Of a DNA stretch of 64,000 nucleotides, positions 52,714-64,000 are shown one piece after another. Below the pieces are notes generated by a model that did no database searches, was not told the origin of the DNA, and saw nothing but the letters and a program-made list of their open reading frames with translations. The translations under genes and the position numbers were made by a program. The stretch is from Tubiluchus corallicola (taxonomy: Eukaryota > Animalia > Priapulida), in contig JAQGDQ010002367.1 in NCBI GenBank assembly GCA_030141605.1, positions 744,001 through 808,000 of the forward strand, read 5' to 3'. Numbering within the stretch: position 1 is the first letter of the stretch; each line of letters opens with the position of its first letter.

Positions 52714-55360
52714 TTATGTTTTTGTATCCGCTGTTTAGTCATATTAAAGCATGCTGCATTTAAAACACTAAGCCGTCTCGATTGTGTCCTAATTACTTTA
52801 TTCCAAACATATTAATAATATTACAGCCAGCAATGTAAGCATTCTAATATTACAAAATCACAAAATAAGTACAAAATAAACTATGCCACAATTTACACCA
52901 AAAATGGCATACACCGGAAGTAATCTTGTATATCTTTTACACCTACATTTACTATATCTTATTAATATTTACAAAACATTTATTACAATTATGCTCAATC
53001 CAAAAACATGGTTCCTGTGCTACTTACTGTAGGAACCTGTAGAAAATTACATAACATATCTGATTGTTACCTGCAACTTCCCGGACAACCTGTTAGCAGT
53101 CCCCTCATATTTAGAAAGGCTTTCACTGTCACAGCAGTCTCTAGTGTTTGTTGAATAAAAGTGCTATTTTTACTGGTCCTGAAGCAGATTTCTTTCAGGA
53201 CTTTGTTTGTTTAGATGAACCTGGCAGCGATGTACAATATATAACATTATACTAAATGATAAAGGCAAATTATTTTATACAAACTGCCCCATGCAAAGCC
53301 GTTGGCACTTAAAGAAGGAGTTGTGCAGAATTCCATGCAAGGAAGAACCTGGAATTACACAACACTCGCTCAAGATGTCTAGAAATACTTGTATAGTGTA
53401 TTCATTCTGAACGGAAAATTTACAGTTTCGGGAAAGTTGAATAGACCTGACGTTACACAAGCAAATTATGGAACTGTCAAATGACATCTTTGCATGGGGC
53501 TCAATATTTTTGTCCTAATTAGCAAAAAGCAACACACCTACTGTTTTGCCAAGCACAGCATATCACTAGTCACAAAACACAGTGACATGTTTTATTACCA
53601 CAATGACATAAAAACTAATTTTATTAATAAAACAACAAAATAACGAACTTCATTCTATAACTTTGCCGTGACCAATTTACTACATTTGAAATTTATATAA
53701 TCAGATCAAAAGATTCGATTTGCCGAACAATGCAGCCACACGTAAGTTCATATACATGAGACATCTCACTTGGCTATAAACCCAAGTTATAACAGTGACC
53801 TTTACAACACTAAATAAAAAGTTTAATTCCAAATCACACCACAAATTCTAAAAAGAAAATTTAACAATAAACTCATAATAAACATAAACCCAAATAAAGT
53901 GAGATTATAAATGTGAGATTTATAGTGCGGAAGTGATATACATAACAAAACAATGAGAGAAAGCTTTGCAAATTAATTAACATAAAATTAAAATGCAGCA
54001 CAAATACCAATTCCCTGAGATAGCAACACAACTCCCTAAGCCTTAAAAAGTAAAATTAATCGCTTTGGTATACTAATGTATAAAAAAGCACCAGCAACTT
54101 AGCTCATAAAAGACTAATCTCCAAACCAGAATCTCATGAAACAACAAAGTAACAAACAATGAAAGAAACTAATAAACATGATGATAACTGACAATGACGT
54201 AATTGCAAACAGGATTATTTTCCTTCTAAGATCCTATGAATGAACAGTTACTGCACCTAACAATATGCTGTTATTTTCCAAATCAAATGCTTAGACATTT
54301 TTACACAATGCATTATGTGTTCAACCATCTATCAAAACATGTGCAAAGGAATGATTGAAAACGTTTTCTGCATTTTGCATTTCTGATTTCTTGTCCACGA
54401 CATCAGAAAACTAAGAACAGGAAATTCCCCGCACACAACATGCTAGTTGCGTCATGTTTTTGACAACTTGGACTCTATTCATCAGCTTTATTTCATCTTC
54501 ACAATTTCTTTGATAACTACACTCAGTTATTATTTTTATTACATCCTATGTGCAGCATATAAATAAACTATTGGCTTGGCCCGTGTCAGATCTCCACATA
54601 TTTACAAGTGGTAATATCCCCCCCTAACATTTCACCAGTTAGCATGATTAAAGAACTTGTAAACTAATTCATGCATATGTAAATCAGTAGACGTTATTTT
54701 CACATAGTTATCAATAGGACCTTCCGCCCAACATTAAACTATAGAATTAACTTTCAATTATGCTACAGAAGAGCATGTGCTGCAAAAATTTTAACGTTAT
54801 GTCATGTTGCACTTCTGAACTATAGTTTGTATTACTCAAACATAATCACAGAACTTGTCAAACCTACTCACAAACTCTAGCGACAATATCACCATCATAG
54901 ATGATATACTGTTATTATGGTATCTTGAACATTTATGAGAGGTTACTGTATTCGCATAATCGCATACTGTATTTAAATACACATTGTGTAACTAGGTATT
55001 GTACTAAATGTATAGTACATACTACCACATGAAACGATGCATACCAGTTCACTAATGCACAAAAATAGACTGAATATCTTGTGCACTTCAATGAATAAAC
55101 ATTACCTGAATGCTGTAATATTTTGTATCATTACAACTAATTGCATTGCTTTATATCACACTTAACAGACAATGTAATTTCTAGCTGGTGCTACCAAATT
55201 CACAGACGTATTCTTCTTCCTCGCACTTTTTAATAGAGATGCGAAAAGGCCCAGTATTATCACAAAGTATTTTGACACAATGCAGCACTACAAGCTAATG
55301 TTTGTTTACCAGTATCACATTGAGCTGTTTGATCTTGTATAAACATAAACGGCGAGCTTT

Positions 55361-58013
55361 TCACGTCGTTGGTACAGTAGGAGATGCCCATGATGGCACT
55401 TGATTGAAATTGAACACATAGTAACCATAGGTATTAGCAAATGTCATGGCTAGCATGATTCCAATAAGATCCATGAATAGGCCAGTTTTTACCTGCAATG
55501 AGCAAAGCATATTTGAAAACAGAGATGTTCTTACGATAGAAGAATCACTTTTAATCACAATTAATTTTTTTCTCCCGAAGAAGTCAAAGCATCCACGTAT
55601 GAAGTAAGAATGACAGGGTTTCGTAACTGCACATCTGAATTGGAACACTTAATGAAACTCACTGAATCTACTAGATTGCTTTGATTTATTTATGTAATCA
55701 ACAGTTGCTTACCATGTCTATCACACGTAGTTCGCCCGTGGCAAAAACAATTGCATTCGGTGGAGTAGCTACGGGTAGAGTAAAAGCAAATGATGCTGTT
55801 ATTGTGACTGGAAACATGAGCAATAATGGACTGACCTGCATTACATTCGCCTGTAAAAAATCAGGTGATGAATAATTTAGTAACACAGGAAATCACTTAC
55901 ATTTTTACGACTGTCGTTGATTTCTAACAGTTAATGACTTTGATTTTTAGTCGTACTTTACTCTTATACTTAAAGCCATTTAATGCTTTTATACCAAAAG
56001 CATTTAGTGTGCATTCAGATGAAGCGAGTTTAACTATTACCGGTATCAAATTTCTCGACAGTCATAACAAATTTAAGCTTAAAAACAATATACTGCAAAA
56101 CAGCAATTAGTCAAATTAATATAGTAAATATACCAATTCTGGAAGCAGAGAAAGAACTATGTTAGCCGTTGCCGTGTTGCTGACAACCTCCGTCATACAG
56201 CCAGTCATTACGCAGCAGATGAGCACGATGACCCAGACGGGTAACGAGCTGAGACTCGTCAGATGAGAACTAATGTAGGTAGCCAAGCCAGATAACTGTA
56301 AACAATGACTATCACTGATCAATTCTGAATGTTAAAACGAGAACTAGCTAGAAATACACGATGAAATAAGACACAGTTTTATATTAAATTGCTTGTTAAT
56401 CATAATGTCGGCATTATTAATATTATTAATAATTACACAAACCCACACTAATTAAATTTTTGATAATCAAACTTGAAAAGATTTTTTTACAAAATCATGA
56501 AAAAGTTGGAATACACCACGAATTTGAACCAGGGGTCTTCTGCTTACAAGGCAGATGCCTTGACCACTAGGTCACCATATTCCCAGGTGATCAAACCAGT
56601 CCCTTTCTGTAGCTTGCCAACAAAATTTAGTAATTACGGTAATAACTACTATTACCTAGGACTAGAGGCGAGTAGCAGGGGGGGCGACAAGGGGCAATCG
56701 TCTCCAGGTGCAAGAGTAAAAGGGTGCAGAATTCTCTTCTAATGACTATTAATGATTAATTACTAATCAGACATTAGCAATTAATAAAAGTTTTCAAATC
56801 ATAGCAAAACAGCATAGTCAGAAATGATCATAGCTGATTTATTTACTACGTACAGTTTAGAAAGAAAGCCAATGTTGTTACTTAACAGCGTGTGTAGGGT
56901 GGTGCACGGGGCTTAGCAGTCTGATAATTTTGGGAAAAACAGTAGCGTCACTCTCTAAATGCCAGTTGTATTACTGTGAAAACCTGTAGTATTTGGTATC
57001 CTTATATTTCATTATCTTTGCATGTCTTAATGCTGGAGCTGAATATTTAAGAATAAGGACTGTCTTATTACGAGCAACTAATACAAAGAAGTGCATTTCT
57101 GACGCAGTACCGCAAATCAAACTCAGGACGATTCTTAGAAAAAAATTTTGTTTACCTTTATCCCGTCAAGTTGAAAAAGAAAAGCCGCCCCCAGGGACGC
57201 AAAAACTCACATAGTCTGTGGCTTCACCCACGAAACAAATGATAAAAACATTAAAGATGTAGGGCTCCAGAGGTTTTTTGTTCCCGGCGCCACAAGCACT
57301 TGGTACGCCACTGCCTAGAATGCTAAAAACATGACATTATCTGCTAAGAGTCTAAAAACAGGACATGCAGCATATACACTTACCTCTACACCCTTGGCAA
57401 GAGCAAAGCCACCACCCAACAGGAAGACTATACCCCACGGCATCTTGTGCTGGACAGTGTGCCAGTCTAACAGTGGCTCTCTAGATTCTGTAAAAGACAA
57501 CCAGCTGGGTAATTCAAAGCATCACCTCAACAAAGATTTAAAAAAGTACTACAGTGGAAGCTCGACTTACAAAAACCCTATTATATGAAAATTCGGAATA
57601 CAAATCGGGCCAAGAAAAAATTTCCGTCCCATTTAACGGAAAAATATTCAAGATACAAAAACGAAAATCGAAAGTGCCGCCCGACAGCGGTCCTCTCAGA
57701 ATGCATTTCGTAGAATTATGTGATCTTATCTCACGCGAACGCATAACCATGGACCCAAAAAATATGAAAGTGATATCCGTTTAAGTGCTATCGCAGGGGA
57801 GTATGAGCGTAACCCTTCGACGATCGGTCATTAACAAACTTTTCAGGTGGGTACAATATTTACACTTTATACGACTGTTTTCGGGGGGCTGGAACGAATT
57901 ACGCCGTTTATATGGTAAATCTTGTCTCATAATACGAAAATTCTAAGATGCAAAAGCACCTCCGGAACGAATTAATTTCGTTCTCGAGCTATCATTGTAT
58001 GATGAAAAAAACA

Positions 58014-58044
<31 letters not shown>

Positions 58045-61000
58045 CTGTTTCGAAATATTGTAATACAATACACTCATTGAGTTAGTTACATAAATAAATA
58101 ACCAAAAAACATGTCAGTTAATAGTTAAAAAGCCTCACATTTTTACGTAAATACAAAGTGCTAAAAAGCTACATACATTATGCAATAATGACTTGATTTT
58201 ATGTTACAGAATCACAAATTATTAGCAACAAAAATGTTGTAGAATATATCACTTAACTGCCGATTGTCTATAAAGGGAAAATCATTTCTGCTTAAGTCAT
58301 TTAAAACATATTGAACAAATGAAAGAGTGATGCTTTGAGCCCATGTAAGCTCCCTAGCTTTCTTAGATATGAATGTTTTAATATTATTAATATCAGTGTT
58401 TATATCTACCTGGATTGGTAGGAGTCCAAATGCGCCACAAGCATCGCGGCGGTTCTGCAGGTAACAGAAAGAGTAAGAAGCCCACCACCAGAGCAGCAGT
58501 AGCATCAGATGCCATTGAGGATTCACCGCCATACTTGAAAAAGGCACCCCACCCCGAAATGAACTTTGGATCACGGGAAAACCAAAGCAGGACTAACAAC
58601 AGGAAGCAAGCGAGAACTTCACATTCTGCAAACCTAAAAATAAAATTTGCACATGAAACCTTCTTTGTGTACAATAAGATGCAATGTTACATAATTTCAG
58701 GCATGAATTTAGCATGTGAGGCCCACATTTTTAATGATTTTAGTGAGTGTCACACTGGTATGCCAAAAGCTCAATGCTGCATTTTTTGCTGTTACATTTA
58801 TCAGCGTACACAGCTTACATTCTCAACTGATAATCGTGGTTTCCACAAAAAAACATTAGATGGTTCTCTGACTGAACTAAAAATTTGCTATTAGCAAGGA
58901 TTAAGTCTCCAAGATGAGATAGTAACTTCAGATACTAACAGATGACTTAATGACTTAACTTATACTATTAACAGATACTTAAAATGACTTAATGACTTAA
59001 TACTAACAGATCCGATATTATGATCGGAATGTATATACATATACAACTATCAGCAAGGAAAATAGCTTAAAGCAATATGGCAGATGATATAAGGAGTTCT
59101 CCTGGCTGGCACCCACAATATACAAATCACACAACCTGCTGTTGCTGAACTACTAAGCACACAACGTTAAGTCACTGCAGTTGTAATAACTTCATAACGT
59201 GCGCGTAAACAGTATTATTCATAGCTAAACAAATTTTGAGCCCTTGGCAATTCCTACACGACTACCTCTTGCAATGTGACCAGTAACTGCAAAATTGTTT
59301 CAGAAGATTGGGCACAAATCTTTGTTAAATAAATATTGTACGTAGATAGACATGATAACATACGTCATGCGTCCCATGCGCCTGTATTGATCTCTAATTA
59401 CCCTCTCCACAGACGGATCTGACGAGTCTCTGCCAGGAATGAAACATCCACATAGGGCTCTGTAAAATTCCACATATAATTATAATTTGCATAATATATC
59501 TTCAACAAATGCCAATAAAAATGCTTGCAAACAAATTTTCACAAGTACAGTTTGTTCCAGAAGAAATGTGCAGCAGAAATATACTGATATGATTATATTA
59601 TTGCAATGTACAAGAACCAAGTTATATGGTAGAAAAAATTAGAACTACGCAAATGTATTTGTCTTACTACTTTTATGTCATAACGTAGAAGTCCATGGTA
59701 ACATTTCTTTACAATTTGACCAGCACTCTTCAGCAAATCAGCATATTTCTACTATAGTGTTTCTTCTGTACAAATATGGTACACTCGTTAACTTTCCTTA
59801 CCTATTATTTACACTTGGCAGCTTATTAAGATACAACACTATAAAAACAAAGCAGGATAGAAATACCCGAAATGACACAAGCATAAAAACAATAATAAAA
59901 ATTGTCTCTAGATCTTTTCTAAATAGCAGTAAAGCTCGTGTATTTTACTTTACTTTACAAGTTTACACATTTTATTCTATTTAATCCATTTAGTCATACT
60001 TATCTACATAAACAAATTTGTATTTACCTCCATCCCAGGAAAACCAGTTGCAGCCAAACCCAGAGAATAAAGAGCATGATAAAAGCTCCTGGAGCAGCGT
60101 AAGAAAACCAGCTAGCAAAATTCACTCCGGCTTCTTGTCCGTAATAACTAAAATTTAAAACAAATCTCATCTTTACAAGAATTACACTAGTTCACAGCAT
60201 TTATGAGGGCACTCATGCTCAGACTCAGCCAGAAAACATCACAGAAGAAAGGTTTTTCTCATATTATATTTATAAATTAGTCCCTCTTTTTTAACTTCAA
60301 CGAGTCAACTTTCATTTGGTCTGCTGGTGTTCAATTTTCAAAAGCCATATTTCCAGGCTCCAGATACGCATGAGAATCATTCTGGAAATGGGGGCATGCA
60401 AATGGGATTATTGGGATTTCAGTGAAACGTGTCGAAGTTAGATCAGACCAAATCCATGAGGAAGGTGCACGTTGCAACAGTTCAGAACAACATTTGGTTG
60501 CCACTACCACCTAAGCTGTGTGAACAGGTGCACTGTCTTTGGAGTAGTCAGTTTGTGGACAGCGATATAAGGGTTTATAGTATGCAATTATGGTCCAAAA
60601 TGGGAGTTAGGCTCGTGTCACATATTAAAAAAACATGTGCAGCAAGCCATAATCTGTAATCCATAAGGTGTTTTCCATAAGGCATATATCACAATATGCA
60701 GTATGCTCCTTAGTCTGTTCAAATAGTAAGGCGCTCGGACATAATATATTTCGGCAATGCATGTATCTAATTACAATATTAGTGAAATGTCGTTCTTAAA
60801 ATTGATTTGTAATGTTTATGAGACCACTCTGTTATGATTTCTTATAATATAAATGAATTGCAAACTGTAAAAACCTAAAAATACTCTAATTACATTAGTG
60901 ATGACCCAAAATTCCTTACAGCAAATAAAATTAATGGCCAAATTCATTTCGCAATGAGGCGCCTCACAAACCACTCAAAACAGCTTGTAAGGAGCCTACC

Positions 61001-63551
61001 GTGGATTATGGCTGAGGGCTGACGGTAGTCAAACCGTGGTAGGCAAGAGATGACAAATGGATTATCTGTGAGACAGAAAACCATTGATTAGAATACGTTC
61101 ATTTTTCATGAGGCAGCTTTTTTCCTCACGGCTTACGGATGATGTCCAGCTGTGTGACAAAGGCCTTATGCTCCTTACTTATGAGCAAGGCCCTGGAACT
61201 TTTTAAAGTACCCTTGCATAGTATGTATTTTGAAAAACGATTTGAAGAATACAGAGTAAAGATACAGCAAAATGTTACTAACTCTCTCATCAAATACTTA
61301 CGATTCTAAAAGACCACTGAGCACAAGATTAGGCGGTGTCCCTGTCAGGGTTGCGGTACCTCCTACGGCAGCCCCGTATGCTATACTCAGCAACATTCCC
61401 TTTGCTAATGTATTGTCTTCTTCATCTCGTTCGATATCTTCCAATTCATAGGTACCAGATGGACTAAATTTGGCAGAAAAATAAAATTTGTAATTATTAA
61501 CTAATTCTGCAATTTTGAAACAAATGTGCAGCTTTAAAAAATCGACTTAACAAAATCTTGCCGACTTTTCTGCTTGAACAATTTCCGTGCAGGTAATATA
61601 AGCTTGGTTCTGTAATAGAAGCGAGGATAGCGGTACTTCTAACCATAGAGCACATACAGTTTCGTAAACATGTTGATGGATTCTTGTTATTCAAAGTAGC
61701 CATCATCCAAGATTCATTTATGAGCTTACACAGGGCCATAATGATATAATATGTAAACATGGTAATCATGAATAACCTAAAGCAGACACAAGCTGACACA
61801 GGTGTAATAAGATATTTAATCAATAGTTCTGAACATGATTAAGAAGCCTAAGCCAGTAAAGGCATTGCTTTTGCAACAACAGAAACGGTAATTTGCTGTC
61901 AAGGGAGTATGGGGATAAAGGGAGATGCATTCCAGTATTCGTCTCATCCTGTGACCTAATAGCATTTAGAATTGAGATGGAGAAAGGGAATTTACTTGCT
62001 GAGATGTAAAAGTACCAAGTTGCAATTTTACATGTAAATGTAAAGATAGATGGTAAATAATGAAATACAAAACTCAGTAATGCAATCAACAAAAATGCAG
62101 GTAAGTCTTTTGCAACTACCGACCTTGCCAGTTTTTGTTTGCACTTCTACTACATGTAGTTATTTTTATGCACAATATTTTACATATAATTATCTAAACA
62201 CACATGACTATGTAATGCATGCTTGAACATAAACATGCATATGTGCTTTGCTCCAGGAACACACCAACTGCAGTTGAATCAAGGGCATTTTTTGGTAAGT
62301 GGTATTGCACAAAAAATAATAAATAGATGCTAATAATAACTTTAAACAATTTACCGCTTTGGATAAAATATTTGAAAAGTTAGACAAATCAAGGTGGACA
62401 AAACTCATAAGTCATTATGGCAAACATATTTTCAAACCCAAACCAACTGTAGTTGTATGGCTAGAGTTAACAGTGTGTCAGTGTCAGCAAATGAAACAGC
62501 ATGCACCTGTAATACATTATTCACATGCAATGGAGGCAAACACTAGTGCGACGATACTGCAGCTTTTTATCGATTTTGTTGATAGTTTTGGTTACAAAAC
62601 CCTTAACAAAGAAAACTAAATGGCTAGTTCAGATGTTTTTGTACAGTCTGCAAGTCGCTATCCTGTGCACAGCGATAAAACTGGTCTACTTAAAAGTGAA
62701 TGCGACAGGACTGGAATCTAGCTCACTATCATGAAATCCTAACCACATTTGAATACTTGTATTCGACGTATTTACTTACTTAGCTTGGCATTGCTTAATT
62801 TTAATTACTAGGAGCACTTTTCAAACTAGGTACCACTATTCAATGGCAAAGCTTAGTAAATGAAGGTGGTTGTGAAAAATCTAGCACCTATAGCTCAATA
62901 TGAAGAATAATTTCAGCCAGGTTTCAATGTGTAAATGTCCTACCTCAATGAGGTAAATAGCTAAGAACAGTATAAAAAACGTAACTCTACAAGAACAGTC
63001 TTCCAGAGGTCGCTTATCGATTTACCGAACTTAAGCGGTGCTAAGCTTGATGCTGCTTAACTTCGGTTACTAAGCACACACCATGACTACTCAGCCAACA
63101 AAGTCTACATAATGCATAAGTCTACTCTCTTAGGACCTGAATCTAGATCATAATCAAGGACGTCTGGAATCTTTTGATGCATCATCTACATTCTACCCCT
63201 TCCAATATTCCCTCACCATTACAAAATATAGATGTTAACACTAAGTTTAGTTATATTCATGCACCAATGAAAAGAAATTTGAACCTACAGCCGAACTCTA
63301 TTTTTAGATCCACGTTGGGGTAAATATCCCTCCTCTGTGGTGTCGCCCTTCTCCACGTCCTGCACAATGTGACCATTCTGCTCCTGGGAAGGTTTAATCA
63401 TAACATCCATCTCCTGCATGCCGCTATTGTCACTGACCGAGTCGGAGCGGCGATCCTCTTCTTGAAACACATTTAAGAAATTCATCATGGGCATATCCAG
63501 CTCCATGTCATGCTCAGAATTCCTATCATATAACATGGGTGTGAGAAACAA
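55361..63551 (-). CDS. SLC13-family Na+/di-tricarboxylate (or sulfate) cotransporter, INDY-like; 5' end outside the window
   Basis: Exons (-): about 63551 or 63522 to 63289, 61463-61302 ([14 protein letters not shown]), 60147-60028 (VNFASWF), 59459-59364, 58633-58410, 57487-57384 ([18 protein letters not shown]), 56295-56134 ([12 protein letters not shown]), 55850-55713 ([16 protein letters not shown]), 55492-55361 (stop). These are hallmark SLC13 motifs; the paralog cannot be assigned. Confidence 0.93.
56450..56585 (-). mobile_element. tRNA-derived SINE-like copy (same family as 6536)
   Basis: Minus strand TGACCTAGTGGTCAAGGCATCTGCCTTGTAAGCAGAAGACCCCTGGTTCAAATTC, then caactttt...aagtttgattatcaaaaattta. 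Confidence 0.65.
56664..57313. mobile_element. Probable MITE with GC-rich ends
   Basis: Left end GAGGCGAGTAGCAGGGGGGGCGACAAGGGGC; right end CCCGGCGCC...GGTACGCCACTG, a common CAGTGGCGTA-type MITE terminus. The left TIR is degenerate. Confidence 0.5.
57552..57997. mobile_element. Tigger/pogo-like MITE in an SLC13 intron
   Basis: TA-CAGTGGAAGCTCG ... CGAGCTATCATTG-TA imperfect TIRs, with subterminal GGAACGAATT repeats. Confidence 0.75.
63000..63100 (-). mobile_element. Degenerate 5S-related SINE-like fragment
   Basis: Minus strand contains ACCGAAGTTAAGCAGCATC (5S box A region) after a tRNA-A-box-like TGGCTGAGTAG. Confidence 0.4.
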
Positions 63552-64000
63552 CTAGAAACAAAATCATTGTGTGTGTGATTAGCATGTGCAACATAGACAG
63601 AAAAACTGCACAAAATAAATGTGAATAGGTGGTGTTTAATTGGGTGCTACCTGCTATGAAACAGGCACCACAGTTTCCTCAAAAACAACAGTGTTCAGAT
63701 TGTGTGCAAGTTTCCTGTGAATACCAGCATACACACCTATTTAACAGTAAAAGTAATGATCAATGTAGGCCATGATCATGATGCCATTAAAGACCTGACC
63801 TAGTTCTCAATTGGCTTCATTACCTGAAGGTATTATTGTTGTTAGCAATTACTCTGACACGCCTTTGCGGCGATGCATTTCTGACACTAAGAACAATACA
63901 GGTTTTGCTTGCCTGACGTCTCTCTAAAGCTAGATTACTCAGTGATAACCTGCTTGTACTAAACTGCTACATTTGCTTCTTCAAAGTAAAGTGATGAGTG

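Noticed and set aside
58415-58894. 159-aa plus-strand ORF
   Set aside because: Antisense shadow of an SLC13 exon extending into the intron.
61500-62700. Possible P-element-like transposase relic in an SLC13 intron
   Set aside because: Only vague resemblance (VSGIAQK..., WIKYL); too degenerate to call without a search.

Overview
This is an AT-rich animal genomic window, probably an invertebrate and possibly a lophotrochozoan (inferred from GT-AG introns and the 5S-like sequence). It has four protein-coding genes: an intronless class A GPCR (12813-13907, +); ETFRF1/LYRM5 (two coding exons, -); DNAI7/CASC1 (about 19 exons, +), head-to-head with ETFRF1 as in human; and the 3' part of an SLC13/INDY-type transporter (-), which runs off the right end. 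A 7.25 kb LTR retrotransposon (39070-46317) lies in a DNAI7 intron, with near-identical 1070 bp LTRs, a 5 bp TSD and a tRNA-Leu PBS. It has the Gmr1-type order Gag-PR-IN-RT-RH. Gag-PR-IN is one intact 1089-codon ORF, while the RT catalytic core is deleted and the remaining RT/RNase H sequence is frameshifted. This is the most notable signal in the window. The rest is decayed LINEs (CR1, L2/Crack-like, RTE, Penelope), pogo/Tigger-type and other MITEs, tRNA- and 5S-derived SINE-like sequences, and microsatellites. All calls were made by eye and no searches were run.
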